DNA from: Lepidodermella squamata
Taxonomy: Eukaryota > Animalia > Gastrotricha
Direction of reading: 5' to 3'
Assembly (NCBI GenBank): GCA_047495785.1
Contig: JBLDXI010000012.1
Coordinates: 1,302,001 to 1,366,000 of the forward strand
DNA length: 64,000 nt
Positions 10,811-23,754 of this stretch are shown piece by piece (positions within the stretch are counted from its first letter, which is position 1; every line of letters starts with the position of its first letter). The notes beneath the pieces are model-generated. The model worked only from the letters and a program-made list of their open reading frames with translations. It was not told the DNA's origin and ran no database searches. The position numbers and the translations under genes were made by a program.

Positions 10811-11401
10811 ATGCGTGCTGTTTTCGCTCTTGCTGCTGTCGTTCTCTTGGCCCTCGGTAGAAATTTGAACACATAGCCTGGTTTAATAATCTCGCTAATT
10901 TTTCTAATACTTTCAGCTTTCTCCGAAGCTGAGGCTGGCCGCGGAAATAAGGGCAAAAGTGTTTCGAAGAGCGTCTCCATCAGCGTGTCGTACAACCGGC
11001 AGCCGAAGAAGCACGCGATGAAGAAGCGCCCGGCGAAGAAGGCCTTCGTCGCTGGGCGCAAGCACCGCCGTGCCTCGTTCTCCAAGTCCGTGTCCGCGTC
11101 GGTGTCGGCCCGCACGAACAAGCACACCCGCAAGGTCTCCACCAAGAAGTTCATGCGCGTGCACAAGCGCGGATCCATGTCCGGCTCGTACTCGCGGTCG
11201 GGCTCCTTCGGCGGCTACAACAAGAAGGGCGGCAAGAAATTCGGCGGAAAGAATAAGTTTGGCGGCAAGAAGTTTGGTGGCAAGAAGGGTGGCAAGCACG
11301 GCAAGAAGGGCCGCAAGGGCAGCAAGAGCGGCAGCTACTCGGCCTCGAACAACTTCTCCTACTCGGTTGCCGTCGAAACCGGTGCTGCCCCCGCTAAATA
11401 A
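10811..11401 (+). CDS. Secreted polybasic (Ser-X)n protein, copy K3 (exons 10811-10856, 10917-11401)
   Basis: Same structure as K1/K2; TATATAA upstream. Confidence 0.9.
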
Positions 11402-11650
11402 AAACATTTCAGAAAGGTGTTGAAATTACATTCTTCAATGATAATTTATTCCGAAGTCTAAAATTGAAATAAATTTGATACGATCTTTAATGGTCTTAAT
11501 TTTGAGACAGCCAGCTCGTTTCTAGCGACGAACTGGCTAATTTCTTTTATTTCCAATTGAAACGCGAATTATGAATAGTCAAAACAGATCACTTGAAAAT
11601 GTACTACAGCGCGGATTTCGTTTAAATAGCTGGTCTGAGTCTTCGTTATT

Positions 11651-11667
11651 GTCAATCTTCGGATTGG

Positions 11668-11706
<39 letters not shown>

Positions 11707-11756
11707 GGCCCCTGCGCAAGGATGACACGCAAAATCGTGAAGCGTTCCATATTTTT
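11651..11756 (+). ncRNA. U6: U6 snRNA, copy 2
   Basis: Identical to copy 1 through the T5 terminator. Confidence 0.97.
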
Positions 11757-12704
11757 ATCTTCAGTTCACAGTGGTGACAATTGCAAAATAATATGGACTG
11801 CATCGCATGCATAGCAGTCGCGTCGCAGTGTTTTATTAGATTCCAGGATTTCAAATTACACCAAGCTTTTTATCAACACCGATGGTAAATCCAATTGAGG
11901 TTTGAGAATTTTGGATAATCACCGTATCACCTATGAGGTACTTCCTATCACGGCTTATCTCCTGCTGGGATTAAAAATCACCTTATTTTCGTATTTGCTG
12001 TCAAATCGCATGCCCCACCAGCTTTTGCTCGATCCCTTGGCCTCTTTTTCACACTAGGCGAGTTGGACTATGGCTGAGAAATGCGGCAAGCTTAGAAAAA
12101 TGGGCTGAATGGATCCGAATAAAAATATCCGTTCTTTCTGAAAAAGCGATTCGAGAGCTTTCGAAAACCTTTGACGGCTTAGTCAATGCGTTTATCCCAA
12201 TATTGATGTTGTCGTTTACTTAATTATTCAAGGGTTCAAGGGTTCAAGGCATAGACATAGAGAGATATCTTATTATTTCCAGTGGATTAGATTTGACAGT
12301 TTTGAATGCTTTAATGACGTCAAAATGACGTCCCTTGCCCTATTTTGTTGCAGTTGTGAGCGAATTGAAAACAAATCAAACATGTAACGGTGACGGGTTC
12401 TCGCGATCACGGGATCATGACCGACGACCCGACTTGTTTGATGTTAGGATGATTGGGCAAAAACACACTTCGGAAGTTACGAAACTAAGGCATTTTATTA
12501 AGGCTAGAGCTAAGCTACTTTATGATCTCCGAAACGGTAGATGATCTAAACGTATCAAGGTAGGCCTTTTTATAGGCGGAATGGCATCACGCCAGACGCC
12601 AGACAGAAATAACAATTCGTGGCGTGACACGTGCTATTTATTAAAGGTGTCACCGCCACAAAACAAAAATGACTCAAACAGAACGCTCAAATCTAATCTA
12701 CTGA

Positions 12705-14488
12705 TTAAGGTATATTTGCCCGTAAGCGCTTGTCCTCGTTTTTCACTTTGTTCATCAACGTCGTCGCAAGAGCGTACAACATTTGTGGCATCCAGAACTT
12801 GACGGCGTAGGAAAAGCGCTGCCTGTCATAGGTTTTCGGGTTTTTCTCCTTCAACATCAACTCGGCGTAATCAAGCATTGCCAGCATGTCTTTCGCCCAC
12901 CGCCACTGATGAAGACCTGCTTCTCGATTTCCAGCCAGCTCTCCAAATGTCCGTTTCACTTGAAATCCGAAAGCGTACGTCGCAGTGCCGAGTGCTATGC
13001 CCAGTCCGAGTGCAACTTTTTGAGCACGGACGAATGATTTTGGCTCAAGTCGCAGCAAAGCGGCAAAAATGCCAACGGAAACAACAGCTGAAGTTTGACC
13101 GATTACAGCTAGCGTCCCTCCCAGACGAGAATATTGTGCGTACTTTTTCCGTTTTGGTTTAGAAGATTTCCACGTCAACATCGTGCCCAAAAACGGCAGC
13201 CGTTTGATAAGATTCTCTATGAATGCAATCCTGTTCTCTGTGCTTTGATACCCGCATAGTATGCCGTTGGAGACGACTGCATTCAAAGCCTACTTGCTAT
13301 CGTTGAGTTTTGACAAGAAAGAGTAAAGTTATAAATACCTGTCTAATTTTAGCCCTTCGATCTTGAGGTAAGCATCCCCGAAAGAGAGTTTCTTCTGCGT
13401 CTCCGTGCCCCAACGCACAGCGGACGCCGTAAAAAAAGCAATGCCAGTCGAACCAGCAAAGGTTTTGAGGTGGAGTCAATTCCGCGCAGAGTAAGCTGAA
13501 ACGGCTGTCCTTATCTTTTCCGTTTTGCAAAGTCAGCTGCTGTTTGCATGGATTTTGATCGTTTGTGAAAATTTCACTGGAAAAAGATCGTAAACGTTCT
13601 TAATTGGGACAAAAAACAGGTTTTTTTACTCTAAAAAACAAGGTCGAGTTAAATTTTTCTGGCAAAACTGCAGAGCCTTCGCGCTGTCATTTTGGAATTA
13701 GCTGAATTTTTCGTATAATTTGGGATCTGATTTTAAAAATTGATTTCAGTTATGCATAAATTTGGACAATTAGGTTTGGTCATGGAGTAAAAGCCCAGCT
13801 CTGACGGATCCCGGGTTTACCTATGGCAAGGGGGCTCCCAAAACGCTTTTGATAGTGGCACAGCTTCGGTAAATTTTCATAAATTGAAAATGCGAGAAAG
13901 ATGTATCCAATTTGATACCGTCGGAAAGCTCAAGGCTCGAATGTCCAAATTCAGCCCGTCCAAATTTTGACGTCTTTTCGGTAGCAAAATAATTTTAGTA
14001 CCCCCTCGCTTTAGTGAAAATATGAAAGATATTTAGGGACCTGTTGATCTAGTGAAACTAATGTTACAGTTTATTTGTTTTGAGGGGTTGAGCATTCCGT
14101 AGGAAACAATTTTATCAAGGGCGTGAGTTATGAGCTTAACTTTACCTGAATGCCTTGGTTTTGAATATATTCCAGAGTGGTACTGCTTGCGGATTGATTT
14201 CAGACGATTTAACTCTGAAGATGAACGGGTTGCCAGTGTTTAACTTTACCCCGAAAATTTCCTTGCCAAAGTCTTGCAGGAAAGCTTCGTAATACTTGAA
14301 GGTAATTACAACGCGAGCTGCGTCTTCATTGTAAGATTCTGTACAAAATGGAAGCAATACGGCTTTTTCTTTCTTTCAAACTGCGCCCGACCTTCCATGT
14401 CCAGAAATCTGAAAGCGTCCCATCTCCAGGAGTTCAGGTCTCTCGAGAAAGTGTCGTAGGAGGTGTAAACCAAATTTTGGCTCATCAT
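12705..14488 (-). CDS. Four-exon gene of unknown function (~370 aa, two hydrophobic segments in the last exon); exons approx. 14488-14392, 14338-14146, 13577-13339, 13289-12705
   Basis: Four separate minus-strand ORFs join through phase-compatible GT-AG introns (phases 1, 2, 0) into one frame, MMSQNLVY...RLRANIP; no family recognised. Confidence 0.55.
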
Positions 14489-15229
14489 TTTTTCGTTGCA
14501 ATACTTTTAAACCGAATTAATATATCAGACTTGCAACGACGCAACGTTTTTGCGGCAAATAGCTGCGCTATTGATTCATTTCATAGCAGAGGTTATTCAT
14601 TCAATTCATGGTTATAATGAATAAGGAATGAATGAATGCGGTTAATATGAATAAGCATGAAATGAATCGTTAGCAGCTATTTGCCACGTGTGGTTTCTTT
14701 TATCCGGCCCTCATTGATGTCTCATGATAACTGGTGTCTTCTTTTGATTTCTCAATTGTTCCTCTTACTATTCTCATTAAAATTCTCGCACATTTTCCGG
14801 CCCGCCGGTGTTTCCTCCGCGCGCGCTCCTATTGTCTGGTTGAATTTACGCGCATTGCGCGTCCTTTTATTGCGTAATTGCAGCTTTCCTCGCGCGATGC
14901 AAAATCACAAAACTTCTCACTATTCTCACTATTCTCACTTGAACTTGTAAAAACTGGCTATAATTTTTCTCAGACTTTTCTCTCATTTGTCAACATTTAG
15001 CATTATACGTGCTAACCTGATATGTGCTCTGAAAGGTCAGTCTCCTGAGACCTAAGTACGAGCTTAGTAGGATCCTACTTTTACAGCTAAAACAGCTAAA
15101 ATTAGGGCGTTTTTCAAATCGAAAGGGATTTAGGAATTATGCAAAAAGCAAAAAGCAGACTCTTCAAAGACGTGATAGACAGCGGCTTCAGTGATCGCCA
15201 ACGGAGGAGGATAAATAAAACGTTTTCAT

Positions 15230-15882
15230 TGTTAACCGGGGAAATTCTAGGCACAATGATGTTTGATGATCCGAGTTTTTCGTACTCGAAACAAATCTGG
15301 TTCGCGCCGATCTTGGCCAAAAATCGGGCTCTTGTCCCAGAATTGACCTGCCCAACCTCGGGATGTCAGGTCAAATTACTCGGCATTGATATCACAAAAG
15401 GCAAGAAGATGGCTGTCTCTAATACCTACGCCATGATCAAAGAACCAAGTGATGCTTCCAGCATTGCTACGGATGGAAATTTAATCTTTAAACTGGATAG
15501 CCTGAACTCTAAAATGATTGTTACGGGCGTCGCCGATGGAAGGGGGGTGTCTGAATTCTCCTGTGATACCACGGGCCAGGGAAGTAGAAGTTCGCGGCCT
15601 TACACCGTCGTCACGGATGGTTTCATCTTCTCCGAGGCTTGCAAAGGACTGTCGCTGATGGATAGGAAAACTGGCAAGTTGATCGACAAAACGCACGACA
15701 CGGTATCTGGGCTGTCCTATTACAAGAATGCTGTCTATTTCCGGTATTATGATGCCGGTACTAAGAAGCAAGCAATCGGATCTCTCGGCTTGCAAGCAGC
15801 TAAATCTATTAGCCCGAAGTTTGTTGGAAGTTTTGGAATCACCTTTCTGTGTGCTATTTTTGCAGCTTTCATGGACTTCTAA
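15230..15882 (+). pseudogene. 5'-truncated paralog of the secreted beta-propeller gene at 34961-36337
   Basis: Aligns by eye from TGEIL onward (GIDITKGKKMAV, ATDG, VTDGFIFSEACKGL, GLSYY, YFRYYD, KSISPK); upstream sequence is unrelated and has no signal peptide. A distant missing exon cannot be excluded. Confidence 0.65.
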
Positions 15883-16681
15883 CTGAAAAATTATTTTTCA
15901 ATAGCTTGTATCCCCAACTTATAACCGGATAATTCTTCCCCAACGCATCAAGTTATACTTGAAGTTGGAGCTTTTGAGCTTTGCGTTCATCTTTCACTCT
16001 GAGACCTGTATAATACGTGAATCTTATTCGGTGTTATTGTGATTTTTTGCAAGTTTTTGTGTAGTAGTCTGCTGACTTGGTATTTCAAGAGATGATAAAA
16101 AATAAAAAATGTATCTTGATTATGCGACCATTGATTGGTCATTTCGGTTTATAATTTTGGGGTCGAAATTGGTCGAAATATTTGTTTCCGCTTAAATTTC
16201 AAAATTCCTCTATATTCCTTAGATTTTGACTCGTAAACTGATCGCTAAACCAGCGAATAATGCGCGGAATAGTGAGATCCGAAGATCAGGAAGGCGTGAA
16301 ACTTGAAAATCCATGATGAGAAATCCTAGTGTTTAAAACTGAAATTCGTAGCTGAAACCATAAATTTAGGGTGTGATTTCCATAAATCAATGTTCACAGA
16401 AACTTGGTCGGATAAAATAATTTCGAAAACGGTGTAATAGTGCTAAACGCTTCTAAGGTTTCGATGCCTTGCCTTTTTTAATCTGACTGACAAAAGACCT
16501 TTCAGATATAACTTTCATTATGAGAATGTCAATGATCAGCACCCCATTAGGAGCGTCATTATAAGCTACGCTTCGAAAAATGGTTCTGACGCTATATAAT
16601 CTCGACGAGATATAGAGAAGTAGCATCAATCCAATTCCATTCGAACTATTTATCCTCTCTTTCTCTTTCAAAACCAAAAAG

Positions 16682-17269
16682 ATGCGTGCTGTTTTCGCTC
16701 TTGCTGCTGTCGTTCTCTTGGCCCTCGGTAGAAATTTGAACACATAGCCTGGTTTAATAATCTCGCTAATTTTTCTAATACTTTCAGCTTTCTCCGAAGC
16801 TGAGGCTGGCCGCGGAAATAAGGGCAAAAGTGTTTCGAAGAGCGTCTCCATCAGCGTGTCGTACAACCGGCAGCCGAAGAAGCACGCGATGAAGAAGCGC
16901 CCGGCGAAGAAGGCCTTCGTCGCTGGGCGCAAGCACCGCCGTGCCTCGTTCTCCAAGTCCGTGTCCGCGTCGGTGTCGGCCCGCACGAACAAGCACACCC
17001 GCAAGGTCTCCACCAAGAAGTTCATGCGCGTGCACAAGCGCGGATCCATGTCCGGCTCGTACTCGCGGTCGGGCTCCTTCGGCGGCTACAACAAGAAGCA
17101 TGGCAACAAGCGCCACGGTGGCAAGAAGTTCGGCGGCAAGAAGTTTGGAGGCAAGAAGGGCGGCAAGCACGGCAAGGGTCGCAAGGGCAGCAAGAGCGGC
17201 AGCTACTCGGCCTCCAACAACTTCTCCTACTCGGTTGCCGTCGAAACCGGTGCTGCTCCCGCTAAATAA
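16682..17269 (+). CDS. Secreted polybasic (Ser-X)n protein, copy K4 (exons 16682-16727, 16788-17269)
   Basis: Exon 1 and intron identical to K3; differs in the GGKK repeat block. Confidence 0.9.
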
Positions 17270-17518
17270 AAACATTTCAGAAAGGTGTTGAAATTACATT
17301 CTTCAATGATAATTTATTCCGAAGTCTAAAATTGAAATAAAGTTGATACGATCTTTAATGGCCTTTATTTTGAGACAGCCAGCTCGTTTCTAGCGACGAA
17401 CTGGGTAATTTCTCTGATTTCCAATTGAAACGCGAATTATGAATATTCAAATCAGATCACTTGAAAATGTACTACAGCGCGGATTTCGTTTAAATAGCTG
17501 GTCTGAGTCTTCGTTATT

Positions 17519-17535
17519 GTCAATCTTCGGATTGG

Positions 17536-17574
<39 letters not shown>

Positions 17575-17624
17575 GGCCCCTGCGCAAGGATGACACGCAA
17601 AATCGTGAAGCGTTCCATATTTTT
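17519..17624 (+). ncRNA. U6: U6 snRNA, copy 3
   Basis: Identical to copy 1 through the T5 terminator. Confidence 0.97.
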
Positions 17625-20600
17625 GAACAACTGAAAATCAGTAATTCAGCTTTCACTCGGCTATGTTAATTTATTCGAAAAACGATCTTCATCGTATGAA
17701 TCAAAGGGACATTTACCGCGAAAAGTATAGTAAAAATATCGGTTTTTGATAGGTAATTAATTGATCATTTCATAGCTGAACCGTTTTGGTCACTTCAGTA
17801 GCACGGCGCCGAAAATGAAAGTAAGAATCGAAGCTGGCAAAAGGATGGTTTCAAGGCTCACTGAACTTGCGTGATTGCAATTATCTCTGAAAACAGAAAT
17901 AGCTCTTTAAAACTTAATTATTGATACCGAAACGTACGCTAAATTGCAGCAGTATGTAATGATACGAATGCCTGACGTTGATTGCAATTCACCCTCTGTT
18001 TTACAGCCATTCAAATGTTTGCAATATTAATTTAATAAATGTGACTCATACCTGTGCATTTAGCTGCACATCCTCTGCCCGAAGTCGAGCTGTTCCTTGT
18101 TATTTTCGTTGTTTTGTAACAAAAGGCGCCGATGCATTTGCTGGCAGTTGTCGGAACCTCGAACTCGGAATTTGAAATTTCTTCGTGTGCCAAGCAGTTA
18201 AGTGGCGTAAATACTGAAAATTATTGTAAGGTATAACAAATTTGTTGAAATATCCAAAATATTACCCGCCGCTTGAGCAACGCAGCAAAACAAGCCAACC
18301 AGAATGGCGACGGAAGACCAAGACATTTGCATGTCGATGTAATTGTATTTAAACCTTGGGAGAAAGGCGAAAAATAAATGGAACTTGGAAGTTGTCGAAA
18401 CTTTGGATTTTAATTAAATTTTAATTTAAAATATGGTTGATTTTTTTGCGCTGCTGTTCCTAGTCTAAATTTCTCGAGAGAAAACTCGAAGGTATTCGAA
18501 GCTAGAATTTAAACGTGGGCATGTTCTTAGGCGGCTTATTCGCATTTAAGGCGATCATTTGCTCGAAAAGCGCATTTAATTCACGTCACGCGGCTTTTAA
18601 AAGTGTTATTATTACTGCTGTTATAGCGCCCAGCTACAAAGAATCGGCACTGAACCGAAATTTGTCAGTTGTAAATTTACAAACACCGAGAACGATTTGG
18701 TTTACCGAACTGACGCGATTTACCAAATTTCAATTCGAAAAAAATGCGGGATGAAAAATGTTAGACAACGAATTGTTCATGGCGACGTTTGTTGTGCATT
18801 CAGCTGCGTATCCAAGCATGTAATCCAAAAACAGTAGTGGGCGAGAGCATCAATAGCTGCTGATGCGACATAAATAAGGTTACAAATAATTTCTCTCGTC
18901 ACAAATTAGCTGTAATCCGTACGAAAAAGTTGACACATTCGGACTGCGGGTGCGCATTAATCCGTGCTTGATTTTATTGTTGCCCTGTCTCCTTCTCCAC
19001 GCGCATCTATTAGATCGCTCAGGTCACTGCCATCTTGCTATCTCGCCACCATCTTTATGATTCTGTCACCTGCAACCCACGAAAAAGCTCTTAATCCCCG
19101 TTCTGTTGGCGTCTGTTGTATTTGTTGTTCATGAACAACTAACAGCAAGGCCTTGAGGCAAAAGGCCTGATGGGCAATTTTTCATTTTTCACTATAGTTG
19201 TTTGTATAACGACGGGGAATACTTTGTTACTGTTAATTCCAGCGCCTTGTTACACTTGCCGTAACGGCTAAAGATGAAGCTAATTTCGAGTTATCACTAT
19301 AATATATTTGTTTTTCTATCGGGTACCGTAAATATTGGACACGCTAAATTGAGACACTGAGCTTTGGCCCTGAATATCCATTTGTGCAAAACCGATAAAA
19401 ATTGGCAAAAAGTTCGCCCCTTGGGCTTTCTATCGGTACCAAATTTACCAATACTTTCTTATACCATCGATTGTTGAAAAATCACCGAAGCTTGATCAGG
19501 TGTTTTGGGACTCCACTTGCCAAATGCTCACCTGTGAACGGCTTGGGAGTAATAGATCCTATAGTCTCCTATAGTCCCATAGTCCCATAGTCCTATAGAC
19601 TATTAGTCCCAAGGTGAATAAACTGTTAGGCTGAAAATTGTTTCGCACAAATTCGCACAAAAGTTTTGAGACAGGTGACATTGAACTTAGCCTCTTTTCG
19701 TAGTTTCTGGTCATTTTTATTTCCCCATAATTAACCTGCCGATCCAGATTCCTCGGACGTAGTTTTGGCAATTTTCTATTCATTTTTTCGGACTAAAAAA
19801 TATAAAAAAACGTGCTTTGTCCCGAGTTAAGATCCATTGCGGTTCACTATTCGACGAGGTCTAACGTGTAGTTGATTAGCCTGGTCGCATGAACGATCTT
19901 TGAAGCAATTATAATTTCGAGTTTATAGTTGTCAAACTCAGATCAAGAAACGATAAATTCAAAAGGCAGATAAAAAATCAGGCAGATCTATAAAAAGCGA
20001 ACTTTCTCTTGAACTTCATGTACCCACAGCTCTTGATCTTCGATAGCTGAATTTTTGAATTTGAAAAAACTCGAAGGTGTCATTCAAAAGCCAAGCGTCG
20101 AGATGAGCCAACAGCTTGGTCTCACGGTACTATACAAGGTACTATACTACATAGGAACCGAACTCGATCAGCTAAAATTGCCAATATAGTAAATGTCAAA
20201 CGAAATGTAATTTTTATGTTCGATGAAAATCTGGCTCGAAAAGCAGGTAAAACAATGACAGTGAAATACCGAGGATAAATGACGTGTCAAAATCACGGAT
20301 CTGTTTATGAATTTATCTGAAGGTTTCGAATATCGATACTCAAACTTCGACCATTGCCTGTGTTCGATTGGAACGTTGAGGTGCGTTTTAATCCGCGACC
20401 CTCGCCAACTCACGTGAGAAAATTCTCAGCAAATTGAAATTGTGGCTAAAAAAGGCTATAAAAGTCCCAACAAACACTACGATAAATCAGTAATACCTAT
20501 ATCCAAATTGACGTATTATAGCCGAAAAGTGTAAACTGTTCTAATAATATGCATAAGAGTTTTACATCCCCGAAACCTAATGGCCCTAGACGAATACGAT

Positions 20601-20923
20601 TTGAGCATCTCCCTGCGTTCCAAACCTTCCTTCCCTTTCTCCACAACTTCCCAGAACATAATTTGAAAAATGTGACGGAACAATTGGCTTCGGAACATTT
20701 CAAGTCAGATGTCATCAAGTCACATTTTTTGTCACCCGATATTCACACCCGATTTTATTCGAGTATTCGGGTGAGCTAAATATTTTCCGAACTCTAGCCA
20801 CAAAATAATCCTTATTTCATCAATTATTTAGTGTCACAGTAAGTCTTTCAATTTTGAAATCCAACGGCTACCAGTTGCCTTGACAACACACTGCTGGTTG
20901 GGAATCGTAGGCCAGGCCGAGTT

Positions 20924-21481
20924 TTAGTTCATTCCTATTGCCACTAAAACCAACAGGACAAGGGCCAAAAGTCCAGGCATGACTTTCGGCAAGCTTCCAG
21001 TATTGCAAAGATCTCTACGGACAACAGGTAAAATAGCCAACCGAGAAAATATCAATGACCATTAGCAAACATACGGCCACATGCAGCAATAAGTTGATAT
21101 TCTGGTTTTTGACGTTGCCAAAAGTTCACCCTCTATGGATAGATTCTGTTGAATATAACAAGAAAAAAACCAAAATTCGGCGAACCGGTGCATTTAGCCG
21201 CACATCCTCGCGCAGTAAACGAGCCATTTTTGGTTGTTCGTGTACTTTTGAAGCAGAAAGATCCATAGCATCGATCATTCGGTGTTGGCAGTGTCAGTTC
21301 CGAGTCAGCAGTCTCGTCGTGGGATATGCATTTTAGCGGGTTAAATCCTAAATCTATGCCGCAATATCGCAATTGCCAATCAATGCATCGCGAAAAACAA
21401 TTAATTCTTACCCGCAGCTGAAGCAAAACAGAAGCAGTAAGCAGCAACAATTACCAGCGAGACAAAATACGGGTTAAACAT
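20924..21481 (-). CDS. Ly6/uPAR three-finger protein, probably GPI-anchored (4 exons), copy 1
   Basis: Spliced product: signal peptide, LKC...C-x4-C...ARGCAAKC...YCCMWPDLCN, then hydrophobic tail GLLALVLLVLVAIG; three short GT-AG introns. Confidence 0.8.
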
Positions 21482-21632
21482 TTTCGTACAAAAATATTTT
21501 ATTATATTGAAAAGTTGCGTTCATCAAAACTGTGCACTTGCGCTGATTTCTTTCGATTTTAAGCAAGAACAGCCCACGTAATTCGTGATTAATTTTAAAA
21601 ATTTAGTGAATTCCAAAACAATCACCTTCTTC

Positions 21633-21880
21633 AATAGAAACACTCCTCACGTCTGCGCGTCCAAAATGCGTACAAAAATAAATGCCTTATTATTTTTGCA
21701 GAAAAAGTTCTAGCGTAAAATGTTAATCTTTGTACGCGTTTTGGACGGCTGCAGGTGCGAGGAGCGTTACCTACTATTCCTGTCCAAAATGGGTACAAGG
21801 ATTAAAATCTTACGCAAGAACTTTTTCTGCAGTATTTATTTTTGTACGCTTTCTGGACACGGCGCATGCGTGTTTCTATT
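21633..21880. mobile_element. Foldback MITE-like element
   Basis: AATAGAAACAC...GTGTTTCTATT termini with long imperfect inverted arms (GTACAAAAATAAAT, TGCAGAAAAAGTTCT); absent at the equivalent position upstream of the second Ly6 copy. Confidence 0.65.
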
Positions 21881-22599
21881 CCAACGCCTAAACCTAACGT
21901 CTGCAGCCGTCCAAATAACAAGCATCTAGGTACATGTCTAATGAGAAATTTGTAAAAACTTCATTTAATTTTACAGCCAAAGGCGTGTATATGACTTGTC
22001 AAATGCATGATAGGTACAAAATATTAGCGATGAAATTGAAATAGGTAATAATAGCACTAGTATTAAATAAAATTAATTAATTAGGTATAATTACTTAATT
22101 AATTAATTTAAGACTGCACCACAGAAATCTTTCATACCTTAATTGGTACGCAATTGTAATCTTTCATGCATATTTTCTAATGAAGTTCGAGCTGGAAACA
22201 TTAAGGAAAAGCCATATGACTAGATTTGGGTTTATATAAAGGTAACAATGGGGTCCAGAAATCATCGTAGTCAATTTTTCCGCTTGAAAATAGTTATATT
22301 GTTGTAGTGCTAGGGCCTTGAAATCGAAATATGTGCCATCGCCTGGGTCGATCATTTGTCGTAATTTAAAAAATATGCCGAAACTTGGTTTCGGAACATT
22401 TCAGGTCAGATGCCATCAAAAGTCACATTTTAGGTCACCAATTTTATTCTCTTATTGCGAAAGCTAATAAAAGAACTGAAAAAATTTCAGAGCGTGAAAA
22501 AATAATCTAAAAATTTGAAATCCAATGGCTGCCAACTGCGTATGTAAGATCGACAACACGCTGGTCCTTGGGAATTAAGAGGCCAGGTTCACTTAGGTC

Positions 22600-23129
22600 T
22601 TAGTTTATTGCTACAAAAACCAACACGAAAAATGTCTCCAAAAGTCCAGGAATGACTTTCGGCCAGCTGCCAACATTGCATAGATCTCTGTAAGGTAATA
22701 GTCAACTGGGAAAATATTAATGATTTAAAAACATACGACCAAATGCAGCAATAAGTTGATATTCTGGTGTTCACCGTTGACAGCAGTTCGCCCTCTATGA
22801 ATAGAAAATTCTGTGAAATTTGACAAGAAAACCCCAAAAATTCGACGAACCGGTACATTTAGCTGCACATCCTCGCGAGGTGAACGAGCTATTTTTGGTC
22901 GTCCGGGTACTTTTAAAGCAGTAAGCGCCATAGCACCGATCATTCGGCGTTGGGAGTTTCAGTTCAGAGTCAGCCGTTTCGTCGTGGGTTATGCATTGTA
23001 GCGGGGTAAATACTATTGAAGTAAAATTGCCAATCGCTGCATCGAGAAATAACAATTCTTACCTGCAGCTGAGGTAAAACAGAAGCAGTAAGCCAGAACA
23101 ACAAAAACTACCAGCGATACAGAATACAT
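22600..23129 (-). CDS. Ly6/uPAR three-finger protein (4 exons), copy 2 (tandem duplicate)
   Basis: LQCITHDETADSEL...CYGAYCFKS...RGCAAKC...YCCIWSDLCN plus hydrophobic tail; same intron positions as copy 1. Confidence 0.8.
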
Positions 23130-23754
23130 TTTAGTAAAACAAATTGTGTTAAATTAAAATGTTAGGCGTTGCATATTGAGCGCATATTTGCACCCGTTGT
23201 TATGATGTTTGTTCATTAAAAATGGGCTCTCGAGCTCTCGTTTCTTTCTACTTCAATCAAGAACAGCAACCCACGTAGTTCGTGTGATTAATGTTGAAAT
23301 GTTAGCGGGTTCCACAAAATGACCGTGAAAATTGTGAAAATAAATACTTGAATCACCTTTTTCTACTGTGTCCTAGAAAATAAGTTCGATTCGAATCGAT
23401 TTCCAATTTTCTATTACCTGAAATGAATTTTAAAGTTCGAACTGAAATAAGGCACCTTTCAATGTCTTTGACCTAAAAAACGTAAAAACTATGGTTCAAT
23501 GATATAAGTCGATACGTCAACTGAAATCCCAATGGATCAATAGATTGCTTTTTCTGGGACTATTAGAAATCGCCTGCAATGAAGTAACGCTTAATGAAAA
23601 AATTGTCCTGCGAATTTTCTTGAAATTACGCAGAAAAACTTAATCGTGAATAATTTAGCCGCACAATTATAAAGAACCTAAACTAACCTCGTCACGCAAT
23701 TAAATGCCGACAGACTAGGTACTTATATTTACGATCGCATTACAAATCCGAGAA

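Larger units (their letters stand above)
10342..11756 (+). repeat. Segmental duplication unit (promoter + basic-protein gene + U6), near-identical to 16225-17624
   Basis: Proximal promoter and intron are identical and the spacer nearly so; similarity stops at the U6 terminator. Confidence 0.85.

Noticed and set aside
16225-17624. K3-U6 / K4-U6 duplication as an assembly artefact
   Set aside because: The copies differ in the GGKK block, in scattered substitutions and in both flanks.
19557-19612. Short tandem arrays (CCTATAGT/CCCATAGT here, GGTTCA at ~30823, TACAGAAAC at ~37255-37540) as CRISPR-like or functional repeats
   Set aside because: No unique spacers, eukaryotic context; consistent with microsatellites or transposon subterminal motifs.
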